DNA of 64,000 bases from an uncultured virus (IMG/VR IMGVR_UViG_3300020048_000016) (lineage: Duplodnaviria; Heunggongvirae; Uroviricota; Caudoviricetes), in IMG/VR virus record IMGVR_UViG_3300020048_000016, one strand, 5' to 3'. Position numbers and translations under genes: made by a program. Shown piece after piece: positions 1-10,969 of the stretch. Each line of letters begins with the position of its first letter. Within the stretch, counting starts at the first letter, position 1. Under the pieces are notes generated by a model. That model was not told where the DNA came from. It searched no databases and saw only the letters and a program-made list of their open reading frames with translations.

Positions 1-156
1 AGTGGTTTCAGAAGATTAACACCAACTGAGTGCGAAAGACTAATGGGTCTACCGACTGGTTATACATCGGTAGTTAGTGATACACAAAGATATAAATCAA
101 CCGGAAATGGGTGGCAAGTGGACACCGTAATACACTTATTCAAGAATATAAATTAA
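1..156 (+). CDS. C5 cytosine DNA methyltransferase, C-terminal end (partial)
   Basis: Frame 1 reads SGFRRLTPTECERLMGLPTGYT...RYKSTGNGW...*, matching C5-MTase motifs IX and X. Confidence 0.85.
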   Translation, partial: SGFRRLTPTECERLMGLPTGYTSVVSDTQRYKSTGNGWQVDTVIHLFKNIN

Positions 157-174
157 TTAAAAAAACAAAAACAA

Positions 175-480
175 ATGGTAAAGCACGAAATAAAAGTAGA
201 ATTCACTAATACTGAATCTTTGAGACAAATCATCGAGAAAGCGTACTTCGAAGAAGGTACAATGGGTAAAATTACAGGTAATCAACACTATATTGTTGTT
301 GAAGAAGCGGATGAAGCATACTCTGTTATCAAAGGGCTTCACAATGTAACAATCAAAGTTACAAATGATTTAATTGACGGATCTATGAGATTTATCATTG
401 ACGAATCAAATGATGATTTAAGAATCTCGCCAATTTCAATTTATTGCATTAAAGAGGAAGAAAGATATATTTTCTATTAA
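175..480 (+). CDS. hypothetical protein
   Basis: 101 aa ORF with A-rich start context. Confidence 0.6.
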   Translation: MVKHEIKVEFTNTESLRQIIEKAYFEEGTMGKITGNQHYIVVEEADEAYSVIKGLHNVTIKVTNDLIDGSMRFIIDESNDDLRISPISIYCIKEEERYIFY

Positions 481-521
481 TATATAAAAAGTCTTAGTGA
501 CATAAAAAATTAATATAAGAT

Positions 522-1538
522 ATGATAAAATTAGATTGGAACGATATTTCTATTATTCCGGAAACACTTAGTTCAATTTCATCAAGAAGTGAAATAGATC
601 CTTACTTAAATGGTAAACTACCTTTATTTACAGCACCTATGGATACCGTAATTGATGAAACTAACATTGATGAGTTTGAAAAAAATAATATTAACATTTG
701 CTTACCTAGAAATGTTAAATACGATGTAGTTAAGAATGATAATTATTTTTACTCTTATGGACTTGATGAGATCATTGAGATATTAGAATCTAATTATAAT
801 CTTCCTAAAAAAGTACTAATTGACGTTGCAAACGGTCACATGTTTAAACTTTATGAAGTATCAAAACAGATTAAAGAAAAATATGGTGATAACATAGAAC
901 TTATGGTTGGTAACATTGCAAATCCTGATACTTATACTAAATTCTGTGAGATCGGTGTTGATTATATAAGAGTTGGTATTGGTGGTGGATCTGCTTGTAC
1001 AACTTCAGCAAATGTTGCAATACACTATCCTATGGCCACTTTAATTAGAGAGTGTAAAGATAGAAGTTATGGTTGGGATAAACCAACTAAGATAATTGCA
1101 GATGGTGGATTTAAAAACTTCTCTGATATTATAAAGGCTCTTGCTATGGGTGCTGATTATGTTATGCTGGGTGGAATATTCAATAAGTGTTTAGAAAGTT
1201 GTGGTGAAAACTATAACACTAATGCCGGAAGTGGTAGAGTAATAAGTTTAGAAGAAGCAACCGAAAGATTTAACTCTAATTTCATTGTTTATAAATACTA
1301 CAGAGGTATGTCAACTAAGGAAGTTCAGAAGTCTTGGAATAGAGCTGAACTTAAAACTGGTGAAGGTATTTCAAAATTCAATGAAGTAGAATATACATTA
1401 TCTGGTTGGGTAGAAAACTTTACAGATTATTTGAAGTCCGCGATGTCTTATACTGGTTGCAGAACACTTGAAGAGTATTGTGGTGAAGTCCAATGGATTC
1501 AAATAAGTCAAAATGCTTTTAATAGATTTAATAAGTAA
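522..1538 (+). CDS. IMP dehydrogenase / GMP reductase family protein
   Basis: APMDTV, IDVANGH, RVGIGGGSACTT (catalytic Cys loop), IIADGG, YRGMST, SAMSYTG; no CBS domains. Confidence 0.92.
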   Translation: MIKLDWNDISIIPETLSSISSRSEIDPYLNGKLPLFTAPMDTVIDETNIDEFEKNNINICLPRNVKYDVVKNDNYFYSYGLDEIIEILESNYNLPKKVLIDVANGHMFKLYEVSKQIKEKYGDNIELMVGNIANPDTYTKFCEIGVDYIRVGIGGGSACTTSANVAIHYPMATLIRECKDRSYGWDKPTKIIADGGFKNFSDIIKALAMGADYVMLGGIFNKCLESCGENYNTNAGSGRVISLEEATERFNSNFIVYKYYRGMSTKEVQKSWNRAELKTGEGISKFNEVEYTLSGWVENFTDYLKSAMSYTGCRTLEEYCGEVQWIQISQNAFNRFNK

Positions 1539-1572
1539 AAAAAAGCCGATCTAAATTTAGATCGGCTTTTTT
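1539..1572. terminator. bidirectional intrinsic terminator
   Basis: Perfect palindrome AAAAAAGCCGATCTAAATTTAGATCGGCTTTTTT between convergent genes. Confidence 0.9.
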
Positions 1573-1616
1573 ATTTATATTTCCATATAAATATATAAAA
1601 ATGTTGTCCTTTCCTA

Positions 1617-2414
1617 CTAGCGTTTTACCATTACGAACCAGCTACAATTTGATTGACCTTTTACCTCTTCTTCAACTTCTTTCACCTCTTCTTTGCCTTG
1701 TGATACCAAGTCCGCTGCTTGTATTTTCACACCACCTGGTAAACTGAAATCATATCTTCCAACCATATTACCAAGAGCGATCTTAGATTGACCAGTAACA
1801 TACTTAAAGAATAGATCATCATTGAATAAATTCTCTTTTGGTATCTCTGCATATGCTTCCATAATAACATCATATTTAATATTAGTTAATATATGAAGTC
1901 TATGATTTAATTGATTAAATTGATGTTTAAGAGTATATTTATTTAATTGGTTCATCATATCAGACATATTATCTAAAAGTGTTTTATAAGTACCTAATTC
2001 ACCAATAGTTGTTACATAAGATGATAAGTAAGGTTGATTAGTTACCCCTAAGTTTACAGATAAGTTAGGAGTATTAATACCTAATTGAAACAAACTATCA
2101 CCTCTAACTTCATAAAGATAACTAACTGTTTGTATTTCACAAGGAACCGTAACATAGTTATACTTAGTATATTCTTCGGTAAAGAATGCTTCTTTATTAA
2201 TAAGAAAGTACATTTTCTGAACAGCATATTGGTAATTTCTATAGAACCAAGGAAGTGCTCTTTTTTCTATGATCTGTCTTATTTGTGCATCTGGTAAAGT
2301 TTTTGGAAGTGAACAAGCTATTGTTAATTCTGTTTGTATAGAATCAACCATTTCTTCTATTGTTAGACCACCTTGAAATGGTATAAACTCTTCTCCTAAA
2401 ATATTTGTACTCAT
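1617..2414 (-). CDS. neck/head-completion protein, T4 gp13-like
   Basis: C-terminal GRYDFSLPGGVKIQ...GKEEVKEVEEE resembles the gp13 LPGGV motif; size fits; late-type TAATATATA upstream. Confidence 0.65.
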   Translation of the reverse strand: MSTNILGEEFIPFQGGLTIEEMVDSIQTELTIACSLPKTLPDAQIRQIIEKRALPWFYRNYQYAVQKMYFLINKEAFFTEEYTKYNYVTVPCEIQTVSYLYEVRGDSLFQLGINTPNLSVNLGVTNQPYLSSYVTTIGELGTYKTLLDNMSDMMNQLNKYTLKHQFNQLNHRLHILTNIKYDVIMEAYAEIPKENLFNDDLFFKYVTGQSKIALGNMVGRYDFSLPGGVKIQAADLVSQGKEEVKEVEEEVKGQSNCSWFVMVKR

Positions 2415-2474
2415 AAAAATTATTTAATTTTATTTATATATTAAATAAGGATAATGATTTTAATATATAGTTTT

Positions 2475-3677
2475 ATGGGACATTCATTAAGACCGGATAA
2501 TTTAACTATAACACCTGATTTTGTTATATCAGATGGTACACACAATACTGGATATGTATTAGTATCTGCTACTGGTGGAGTAGCAAGTTGGAAAGACACT
2601 TCTAATTTACCTGGATTTAAAACAAATCACTATGTAGGTGAGTTATGGGCAGGTGGTGTAGTTGCTTCCGTTTGGAAAGAAAATGGTGTAGAGAAATGTT
2701 TAATTGCATCATTATGTGATTATTCTTATATTCAATATAGTTCTGTTCAGGATGATGATTTTTCTTTTTCTCAATTTCCATGGTCGTATATATATGCAAC
2801 AGGTAGTGCAACAAGTTCACATAATGGTTTATTAAATAGTACATATATAACAACACAGAGTCTTTCTACTAATATTGGTGCTTATCTTTGTTTAAATTAT
2901 ATCAATCCTGATTATAGTACAGGAACTTTTAGTGATTGGTATTTACCATCTGTTACAGAAATGCAACAAGTTGTAAATAACTCTTTTAAAATAAATTATG
3001 CTATTGATAATTATGCTATTGATAATTCAAAAACTACTAAACCTTGGGATAATAGTAATGGTTATGTTAGTTATATAACTAAATATCAACCACTAAATTG
3101 GGTTTATCCACAAATTTTAAAACCTGTGAATGATTATTGGACATCTACCGAAGTTATGAATTCAGGTGGTAATAATGCATATGCGGTGAATGTGGCTAAT
3201 AATACAATATCAATTTCACACAAAAATCAAGAAAATACAATAAGACCAGTTAGAATTGCAAGTGAAACAACAATAATAACAGCATTTGAATTTGTCAAAA
3301 GTTCTGGCATTCCTAACTATAACGTTCTACTAACTTCAAACATATCCGGTTCAGGTGATGTGTTGATTGAAATAGGTGTTTGTCGTAATGGACCTTATTC
3401 ACCTGCCACTTATGGTCTGTCCTCAGAATTCTTGAATAATAGAGGTGATGGTGCTGGATATGGTGCGGCTCCTGATAAACCAGCGATACCTTTACCGACA
3501 ATAAGTGATACTAAAACAATAGTAACTATGATATATGATCCTGGTATTGGATTTGGATATGGAGACTTTAATTCTAGTCTTTCAACCTTTCAGAATGGCT
3601 CTATGTATAGTATTAGAGCATATGCAATAACCAATAAAGGTGAAGTTAAATATGGAGAACAATTAATAATCTTTTAA
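2475..3677 (+). CDS. DUF1566 (Lcl/CLec-fold) domain protein, probable virion or tail-associated
   Basis: YVGELWAGGVV, SDWYLPSVTEM, YWTSTE, IRPVR motifs; ATG 2475 follows TAATATATA at 2461. Confidence 0.7.
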   Translation: MGHSLRPDNLTITPDFVISDGTHNTGYVLVSATGGVASWKDTSNLPGFKTNHYVGELWAGGVVASVWKENGVEKCLIASLCDYSYIQYSSVQDDDFSFSQFPWSYIYATGSATSSHNGLLNSTYITTQSLSTNIGAYLCLNYINPDYSTGTFSDWYLPSVTEMQQVVNNSFKINYAIDNYAIDNSKTTKPWDNSNGYVSYITKYQPLNWVYPQILKPVNDYWTSTEVMNSGGNNAYAVNVANNTISISHKNQENTIRPVRIASETTIITAFEFVKSSGIPNYNVLLTSNISGSGDVLIEIGVCRNGPYSPATYGLSSEFLNNRGDGAGYGAAPDKPAIPLPTISDTKTIVTMIYDPGIGFGYGDFNSSLSTFQNGSMYSIRAYAITNKGEVKYGEQLIIF

Positions 3678-3703
3678 GAGTTTAAAAAAAATTAAAAATA
3701 AAA

Positions 3704-6700
3704 ATGGCTTATAAAATATCATCATCAACATTTAGTATATCATCTCCTTTGGTTATAAAAAACGGAACAGAGGGATATGGTAAAATATTAACTACTGATG
3801 CTAGTGGACTTGTAGTTTGGAAAGAACCAAATTCATTTTTTGGAAATATTAGGTATATTGGTGAATTATATGGTGGTGGTATTGTAATTGATTTTTGGAA
3901 AGAAGGAGATGTTGAAAATACATTAATAATGTCATTAACACACTTATCATATGATTATGTTTGGAGTAATATTCCAAGTACCGGATATAGTCCTTTTTCG
4001 GATAGTTTTGTTTATTATTCTGGTGCAACTAGTTTATATGATGGTAAAAAAAATATAGATCCAATAACAAAACAGAGAGTTTATAATGTTGGTCCATTCA
4101 CTACTACAATAGTTGCATCACATACAATGAGTGCTACTAAAATGTGTGTAGATTATAATTATGGTGGATATGATGATTGGTATCTACCATCTTATGGTGA
4201 ATTTAATTCAATAATAAAAAACAAACATATTATAAATAGAGTATTAGGTGATGTAGATGGGATTAGAAGTCAAAATACTGGATCTGGCTCAGCACTAAAT
4301 GGTGTTTACTGGACATCAACGGAATATACTGAGCAAATAACAACTCCTCCAAATCCAATTTCAACTATTATTAATACCTCATATGGATTACAATACTCAA
4401 CGAGTGAAGGTAAATTTAAGGCGATTGCTAAAACTAGTTCTGCTATGGTAAGAGCGGTTAGAAGAGAAGAGAATTTAACCGGAAATGGTTTAGTTCTTTC
4501 TTTGGATGCTGGTAATAAAAATTCATATGATGATTCAACTAGAGGTAACATTTGGTATGATCTAGTTAATAAAGGAATAACAGCATCTGCTGGTTTAACT
4601 TTTTCTGCATCTGCTACAGGTGCAACATATTCTGCAACAAATAGTGGTTATATTTCATTTAAAAATAATCAAACTAGTTATATTGACTTTAAAGCAAATC
4701 TTGATAACTCGTCAATTGTTACCGTAGAAATGTTTGCTAGAATAAAAAGCACAACCGGTAATATTTTTTCTTGGGGAACAAGTGGTTATTCTATAGTTAA
4801 TGGTTGGGAATTAGGATTCTGGACAGGTGGTGGTGATAACTATGGTATTTCCGCTCAAAGAAAACAGGATTATGGTTTAGAAAATACTTGGAAACACTAT
4901 GTATTTGTTATGAGAACAGATGTTTCATATACTAATAATAAAATATATGTAAATGGTGATCGAATTACATTATCTGTATCAGCATTTGTTGGTACTGAAA
5001 GTGGAAAAAGCTTTGCTAATGGTAGTGGTAGAATAAATTCCCCAAATGCAGGATTTACAAATGGTAATGGTATGGATCTAGCGGTTTTTAATATTTATAA
5101 AAGAGAATTAAATCAAACTGAAATAGTAAACAATTTCAATAAATATAAAAAAAGATTTGAGGTTAAAGAAAGTGTTTATCAAAAGGATTTAATACTTAAT
5201 GTAAACTCAAATAATATAAACTCTTTTAATCCATCATCCGATCCAACTATTTGGGCAGATATTAGGATGTTTTCTGATTTCACTCCAACCAATGGTTTAG
5301 TTTTTGCTTCTACACCAACATATACTAAATCCGGTGGTGTTTATCCAGGAACTTTTATAAACTTTAACAGCAATAACTTAAAAGCATCAGTTACATCTAC
5401 AATAACATTTACATATTCGACAACTTGGGAAGCGTGGGTTAAATTTGATTCGGTTCAACCACGATCTGGTCCAAATATTTTTATGGGTCAGGTACTTCCA
5501 TATTTCGCAATTTCTACTAATAATTCTAATAAAATATTATTTTCCAATAGTTTTTCAGGTGTCGGTGGTGGTAGTAATCAAACATATCAGAATAGCAATA
5601 GATCGGTAACTTTTAGTGTTTGGTATCATCTTGCGTTTACTACTAAATATGATTCGGTTTCTAATACAACATCATCTAAGATTTATATAAATGGTGAACA
5701 GGATTATTCTAAAACATTAACCACAAATTCTGGTGGTGGTATAATAAATAGTGATCATATACCTGGTTATCAAAATAATATATTTTCATCTTATAAATTT
5801 TCAGTAGGTGATGGATCTAATTTAAATCCAAATGATGGTTCACCAACTTGGTCTACATTTAATGGTAGTTTAGCAGAAGTTAGAATATACAATCGAACAC
5901 TAAACGCATCAGAGATCAAAAACAATTACAATTCATCTAAAAATATTTATGATATAGATAAAAATCATGATACGCATAATTTTAATACTTCCCCTACATT
6001 TTCTATATTTCAGAATTTAACTTTAGATTTTCCAACTAAACAAAACAATTCTATATTAGTTAGTGATAATAAAGGTTTGATATCATTAAGTACACCAAGT
6101 TCTATAATATCCAATAAAAGTGTTAAGAGATCGGTAGGTGAATTATATGCTGGTGGTATAATAGTATCTGTTGTAGATTATTTATCAACTACAAACTATA
6201 TAATAGCATCATTACAAGATCTATCATCACCATATTATTGGAGTACCTTAGCCGGTTCACAAAGTATAAATCCTACTTTAAATACTAATGAATTTAACGG
6301 GTCATACAATACAGGATTAATAAAAACCGCTTTTGGTGCAGGTTCATATGCTGCTATGACAGCATCTACATATAATTATGGTGGATATACTGATTGGTAT
6401 TTACCTTCATCAAATGAATTAAGAGAGGCTTATAATAATAGTAATATTATAAACTTAGTTTTGGATAATAATAGTTTAATTGATACTTATTGGTCTTCAA
6501 CTGAATCAGCATTTGGTACTTCTTCTGGTCCAACTGTATATTATAGAAATGCATTTGCATTTAATTTTGGTTCATTAAATTCTTCACTGCCTTCAAATAT
6601 AGCAGGTGCTGGTATTGATGGTGCAACTTCATCTGGTTTGGAATTTCAGGTTGGTAAGTATAATAAATTAAAAGTTAGACCATTTAGAAGAGAAATTATT

Positions 6701-8287
6701 AATACTTCATTTATAACCGTTTGGAAAACAGACAACGATGGTTCTTCATTATCTAATCAAATAACAATACCAACTAATTCTGATTTTACATATAATTATA
6801 ATGTTAACTGGGGTGATGGTACAAATTCAGCCGGATTAAGTGGTGATGCAATTCATACATACACAACACCTGGTACATATACGGTTAAAATAACAGGAAC
6901 TTTCCCGGCAATTAGTTTTAATAATAGTTTTGATTGTTTAAAAATACTACAAGTTAAAAACTGGGGATCAATAAAATGGTCTACTATGGTCAATGCATTT
7001 AATGGTTGTGAGAATATTACTATAACAGCAACAGACGCACCTGATTTATCAAATATTACTTCTCTACAAAACATGTTTATCAATTGTATATCATTTAATC
7101 AATCAATAAATCACTGGGATGTATCAAATATTACATCTTTACAACAAATGTTTAATGGTTGTACAACATTTAATCAACCACTTAACTCTTGGAATACTTC
7201 AAATGTTACGAATATGCTTGGTGTCTTCCAATTCTGTTCAGCATTCAACCAACCACTAAGTTCTTGGAATACATCAAAAGTTACAACTATGGGTGGTATG
7301 TTTAATGGTGCATCTGTATTTAATCAACCACTAAGTTCTTGGAATACCACATTGGTACAAGATATGAGTTCTATGTTCTCTAATGCTACGTTATTTAATC
7401 AAAATATAAATTCTTGGAATACATCAGCAGTAACCAATATGAGTTCTATGTTCAATATCGCATCTACATTTAATCAACCACTTACAACAAGTGGTAACTC
7501 TTGGAACACATCAGCAGTAACTAATATGTCTGGTATGTTCGCTAGTGCTACGTTATTTAATCAACCACTAAGTTCTTGGAACACATCAGCGGTATTCGAT
7601 ATGTCTTATATGTTCATTGATGCAATCTCTTTTAATCAACCACTTAATTCTTGGAACACATCGTTGGTTGTTAATATGTCTTATATGTTCAAAAATGCTT
7701 CATCTTTTAATCAACCACTTAATTCTTGGAACACATCTTCCGTAACTGGTATGTTTGCAATGTTCTGGTTGGCATCTTCTTTTAATTCAAACATAACAAC
7801 TTGGAACACATCTTCCGTAACCAATATGGGTAGTATGTTCGAGGGCGCAACTGTGTTCAATCAAGCAATTGGTTCTTGGAACACATCTTCCGTAAATTTT
7901 ATGTCACTAATGTTTGCTGATGCAGTAGCATTTAATCAACCACTTACAACAAGTGGTAACTCTTGGAATACATCATCAGTTTTTATTATGAATGCTATGT
8001 TCTTTGGTGCAACCGCATTTAATCAAAATATAAGTTCTTGGAACGTATCTAATGTTGCTACTACCGTTTTTGGTCCAGGTTTTGGTAATTTTATGGATAC
8101 TAAAACACCTACTACATTTAGTGCTACTAATCTTGATGCTATTTATATTGGATGGGCTAGTAGACCAGTTAACACAGGTTTACCAATATCATTTGGTAGT
8201 GCTAAGAGAACATCAGCGAGTACATCAGCGAGAGCGGTATTGACAAGTTCTCCTAGAAACTGGCTTATAACAGATGGTGGAATTTAA
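3704..8287 (+). CDS. large multidomain adhesin / tail-fibre-like protein (2x DUF1566, 2x LamG-like, PKD-like, DUF285/BspA-type repeats)
   Basis: DWYLPS/YW(T/S)STE twice; [29 protein letters not shown] (LamG); [18 protein letters not shown] (PKD); FNQPLxSWNTSxVxxMxxMF repeats. Confidence 0.8.
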   Translation: MAYKISSSTFSISSPLVIKNGTEGYGKILTTDASGLVVWKEPNSFFGNIRYIGELYGGGIVIDFWKEGDVENTLIMSLTHLSYDYVWSNIPSTGYSPFSDSFVYYSGATSLYDGKKNIDPITKQRVYNVGPFTTTIVASHTMSATKMCVDYNYGGYDDWYLPSYGEFNSIIKNKHIINRVLGDVDGIRSQNTGSGSALNGVYWTSTEYTEQITTPPNPISTIINTSYGLQYSTSEGKFKAIAKTSSAMVRAVRREENLTGNGLVLSLDAGNKNSYDDSTRGNIWYDLVNKGITASAGLTFSASATGATYSATNSGYISFKNNQTSYIDFKANLDNSSIVTVEMFARIKSTTGNIFSWGTSGYSIVNGWELGFWTGGGDNYGISAQRKQDYGLENTWKHYVFVMRTDVSYTNNKIYVNGDRITLSVSAFVGTESGKSFANGSGRINSPNAGFTNGNGMDLAVFNIYKRELNQTEIVNNFNKYKKRFEVKESVYQKDLILNVNSNNINSFNPSSDPTIWADIRMFSDFTPTNGLVFASTPTYTKSGGVYPGTFINFNSNNLKASVTSTITFTYSTTWEAWVKFDSVQPRSGPNIFMGQVLPYFAISTNNSNKILFSNSFSGVGGGSNQTYQNSNRSVTFSVWYHLAFTTKYDSVSNTTSSKIYINGEQDYSKTLTTNSGGGIINSDHIPGYQNNIFSSYKFSVGDGSNLNPNDGSPTWSTFNGSLAEVRIYNRTLNASEIKNNYNSSKNIYDIDKNHDTHNFNTSPTFSIFQNLTLDFPTKQNNSILVSDNKGLISLSTPSSIISNKSVKRSVGELYAGGIIVSVVDYLSTTNYIIASLQDLSSPYYWSTLAGSQSINPTLNTNEFNGSYNTGLIKTAFGAGSYAAMTASTYNYGGYTDWYLPSSNELREAYNNSNIINLVLDNNSLIDTYWSSTESAFGTSSGPTVYYRNAFAFNFGSLNSSLPSNIAGAGIDGATSSGLEFQVGKYNKLKVRPFRREIINTSFITVWKTDNDGSSLSNQITIPTNSDFTYNYNVNWGDGTNSAGLSGDAIHTYTTPGTYTVKITGTFPAISFNNSFDCLKILQVKNWGSIKWSTMVNAFNGCENITITATDAPDLSNITSLQNMFINCISFNQSINHWDVSNITSLQQMFNGCTTFNQPLNSWNTSNVTNMLGVFQFCSAFNQPLSSWNTSKVTTMGGMFNGASVFNQPLSSWNTTLVQDMSSMFSNATLFNQNINSWNTSAVTNMSSMFNIASTFNQPLTTSGNSWNTSAVTNMSGMFASATLFNQPLSSWNTSAVFDMSYMFIDAISFNQPLNSWNTSLVVNMSYMFKNASSFNQPLNSWNTSSVTGMFAMFWLASSFNSNITTWNTSSVTNMGSMFEGATVFNQAIGSWNTSSVNFMSLMFADAVAFNQPLTTSGNSWNTSSVFIMNAMFFGATAFNQNISSWNVSNVATTVFGPGFGNFMDTKTPTTFSATNLDAIYIGWASRPVNTGLPISFGSAKRTSASTSARAVLTSSPRNWLITDGGI
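7095..8050 (+). repeat. about 12 tandem ~25-aa DUF285-type repeats ([20 protein letters not shown])
   Basis: Recurring tttaatcaaccact...tcttggaa(c/t)acatc DNA units at about 75 bp period. Confidence 0.9.
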
Positions 8288-8319
8288 TTTGTTTTATTAA
8301 AATAAATTACATATATTTG
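8288..8319 (+). promoter_or_regulatory. Bacteroidota sigma-A-type promoter (-33 TTTG / -7 TAnnTTTG)
   Basis: TTTG at 8288-8291, 20 nt spacer, TATATTTG at 8312-8319. TAnnTTTG recurs at 11991, 14328, 17841, 24044, 26057, 27793, 36482(-), 40589, 43517, 45222, 47443, 49522, 54740, 59497, 59973, 61258, 61457 and 62185. Confidence 0.8.
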
Positions 8320-8339
8320 TTGGAACAAAACAAAATGCT

Positions 8340-8522
8340 ATGAAAGGAAAATTTAAAATAGGAACAATTACAAGAGATGAGATCTTGACGGTTTATAAAA
8401 GAGCATCTAGAGAAATGGAATTAGAAAACGCTACTGGTTGGGTTTCTAAACATAAAGTTCATAAATCTGCTAAGGACTATAAAAGAAATACAAAGCATAA
8501 AAAAAGCTATTCATTCGAATAG
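8340..8522 (+). CDS. small basic protein (weak ArfA-like C-terminus)
   Basis: KVHKSAKDYKRNTKHKK; has its own promoter and terminator. Confidence 0.55.
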   Translation: MKGKFKIGTITRDEILTVYKRASREMELENATGWVSKHKVHKSAKDYKRNTKHKKSYSFE

Positions 8523-8528
8523 CTTTTT
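8501..8528. terminator. intrinsic terminator overlapping the stop codon
   Basis: AAAAAGCTATTC-ATTC-GAATAGCTTTTT. Confidence 0.75.
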
Positions 8529-8536
8529 ATTTAATA

Positions 8537-9595
8537 TTATACTTTAAAGTTTCTAGAATCCTTTAACTTCTCTAAAACAAATTTCTCATCCAACTCAATA
8601 TTCTTAGGTATCTTAATAGATATTCTTATATAAAGATCACCCATTCCATAATTTATATCAGGAATACCTTTACTTCCAATTCTTATACTAGATCCGTGTT
8701 CTGTTCCTGGTTCAATATAAACCGGTATCTCACCGTGTGGTGTAGAAACTTTTATGTGAGCCCCACAAATTGCATCAATAACTGATATAGTTTTTTCTAC
8801 AATAATATTATTAACTTCTCTTTTGAATGAAAAGTCTTGTGCTTCTTCTACAATTATATAAAGATCACCCGGTACACCATCTCTAATATCATTGCCGAAT
8901 CCTTGCATAGATAATTGCATACCAGTTGATACACCTGCAGGTATTTCAACATCTACAACTTGATCTTCTAATCTTGTTCCATCACCTTTACAAGATGAAC
9001 ACTTGTGTTTAATCTGTTTACCAGAGCCTTGACAATCCGGACAAGTAGACTGAGTTCTCATTTGACCGAATGGTGTATTCTGAACAACAATTCTTTGTCC
9101 TTGACCATTACATACTAAACAATCAACAACATCAGTACCACCTTTACCATTACAAGGTGTACACTTAACATTTCTTTTATATTTAAGTTTCTTAACCGCA
9201 CCTTTTAATATCTCATCTATATTAAGAACTACTTTCATTCTTAAATCAGAACCTCTCGCTTGTCTTTTTTGTTGTCTTCCACCTCCTCGGTTTCCGAATA
9301 TATCTCCAAATTGTGAGAATATGTCATCCATATTAAATCCGTGTCCACCGAATGGATTTCCTCCACCTCCACCGAATGGATTACCATCCGATCCGAAACG
9401 ATCATAGTTAGATCTTTTATCAGAATCAGAGAGTGTTTCATATGCCTCTGCTGCTTCTTTAAACTTTGCTTCTGCATTTGGATCACCTTGATTTTTATCT
9501 GGGTGAAATTCCATAGCCTTTTTACGATAAGCCTTTTTAATTTGCTCTTCTGTCGCGTTTTTATCAACACCTAAAATGTTATAATAATCACTCAT
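8537..9595 (-). CDS. dnaJ: chaperone DnaJ
   Basis: J-domain HPD motif, G/F-rich region, four CxxCxGxG motifs, C-terminal domain. Confidence 0.97.
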   Translation of the reverse strand: MSDYYNILGVDKNATEEQIKKAYRKKAMEFHPDKNQGDPNAEAKFKEAAEAYETLSDSDKRSNYDRFGSDGNPFGGGGGNPFGGHGFNMDDIFSQFGDIFGNRGGGRQQKRQARGSDLRMKVVLNIDEILKGAVKKLKYKRNVKCTPCNGKGGTDVVDCLVCNGQGQRIVVQNTPFGQMRTQSTCPDCQGSGKQIKHKCSSCKGDGTRLEDQVVDVEIPAGVSTGMQLSMQGFGNDIRDGVPGDLYIIVEEAQDFSFKREVNNIIVEKTISVIDAICGAHIKVSTPHGEIPVYIEPGTEHGSSIRIGSKGIPDINYGMGDLYIRISIKIPKNIELDEKFVLEKLKDSRNFKV

Positions 9596-9617
9596 ATTTA
9601 TTTGTTATATTTTTTAA

Positions 9618-9857
9618 TTATCTATTTGGAAACCAATATTCCTTTTTAAATTCCATTGGGTCTATTTCAATATTATATATTTTTCTTATAGAACTCAACC
9701 TATCAAATTGTTTCCAATTTATTTCACCTTTATAGTATGAAATCATATCAGCAATAATTTCTTCAGCAGAATCTCCTTTTTTTCTCCAAATCTGCCACCA
9801 CTTTTTCCTATGAGGTTTTCTATCACCTACTGGTATTTTATAAGTTATACTTTTCAT
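9618..9857 (-). CDS. small protein resembling a portal (gp20) fragment
   Basis: YKIPVG...AEEIIADMISYYK...MEFKKEYWFPNR; internal tag-like RLSSIRKIY. Confidence 0.5.
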   Translation of the reverse strand: MKSITYKIPVGDRKPHRKKWWQIWRKKGDSAEEIIADMISYYKGEINWKQFDRLSSIRKIYNIEIDPMEFKKEYWFPNR

Positions 9858-10144
9858 CTTTTAACTCTTAATTTTTCATAAGCAATCGGATCAACAACTA
9901 TATTATTATATGTACCCGGTTCTCTTTCATCATCAAGATATTCGTGCGCTAGTTGATTAACTGCTATATTATCAGTATCTATGTCAGAGTAGTGAATGTG
10001 TTCAAATGCTTCCATAAGTTCGTTACGATCTTCCTCAGTAGGTACTACGATAACATACTTGGTCCATTTTACTTGGCTCATTTCTTCTTTCGTAAGATAA
10101 AGAGCATCTTTATCTTTTTTGAAATCGTCATATTTCTTCATCAT
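9854..10144 (-). CDS. hypothetical protein
   Basis: 96 aa ORF in the grpE-dnaJ operon. Confidence 0.55.
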   Translation of the reverse strand: MMKKYDDFKKDKDALYLTKEEMSQVKWTKYVIVVPTEEDRNELMEAFEHIHYSDIDTDNIAVNQLAHEYLDDEREPGTYNNIVVDPIAYEKLRVKR

Positions 10145-10469
10145 CTTTAAATAAATTATTTAGTATTATTTCTCTTCTTATGCAATTAGCACTATCATCA
10201 AAATATATATCAGTATATTTATTATACTGAATAAAGAAATCAGGACCTTCATAGTGCTGGTTATAATCTCTTCTTCTTCTAAAGTTCATAATTGGTAATT
10301 CATCAAATATCTCTTTGAATAAATCTTCTGTGCTTTCAAAATTAGATAAATCATTTTCATTTAATCTTTTACATAAATAGTCCATAGCAGGTGCCACATG
10401 TGATTCAACTGTCTTTCTGTATTTATCAGTATTGTATAAATCTGCTACTTCTAATCTCCAACTAATCAT
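10128..10469 (-). CDS. hypothetical protein with C-terminal tag
   Basis: Ends RREIILNNLFKDDEEI. Confidence 0.6.
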   Translation of the reverse strand: MISWRLEVADLYNTDKYRKTVESHVAPAMDYLCKRLNENDLSNFESTEDLFKEIFDELPIMNFRRRRDYNQHYEGPDFFIQYNKYTDIYFDDSANCIRREIILNNLFKDDEEI

Positions 10470-10969
10470 TTTAATGTTTTTTTAATTTTCAAATCTCTTA
10501 TATCTGCTACTATATCTTCTCTACCTCTTGTTCTTTCAACTAAATGAGCAACATAGTTATCTACTATTAACTCAAGTGTTTTACTTGTTCTATCTAAACT
10601 TTCTAAAAGTTCTAATGATTTTTTCATCTTAGGAACTATTACAAGGAAATAATCCACAAATTCATCTATATCAAATAATAATTGAAAGTATTCTAATCTT
10701 TTTTCTTTGAAAAGTGTTGGTGGGTTAAAAAAAACCTCAGCAAAAATTCTTCTAACACAAGGAAGTATTAAATCGACCATTTGATCTTCTTCTTCATACA
10801 TAGTTCCTTCAAAATCTTTATTTTCAAATAAATGCAACTTTTGATCGACAACATATTCTAGTATGTCAACCAAAAGTTGCTTTTTATCTCCGAGACCATT
10901 TGACAAAGCATCAATCATTAATTTTCTAAACGCTTCATCAGTTCTCATATCTAATACAGATTTAGACAT
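10466..10969 (-). CDS. hypothetical protein with C-terminal tag (possible MCP N-terminal-like segment)
   Basis: LILPCVRRIFAEV; ends IRDLKIKKTLK. Confidence 0.6.
   Translation of the reverse strand: MSKSVLDMRTDEAFRKLMIDALSNGLGDKKQLLVDILEYVVDQKLHLFENKDFEGTMYEEEDQMVDLILPCVRRIFAEVFFNPPTLFKEKRLEYFQLLFDIDEFVDYFLVIVPKMKKSLELLESLDRTSKTLELIVDNYVAHLVERTRGREDIVADIRDLKIKKTLK

Noticed and set aside
7095..8050. CRISPR array
   Set aside because: The repeats are degenerate, in-frame protein repeats (DUF285) with no unique spacers, and there are no cas genes
2475..8287. Complete diversity-generating retroelement
   Set aside because: No reverse transcriptase and no near-identical template repeat visible in the window
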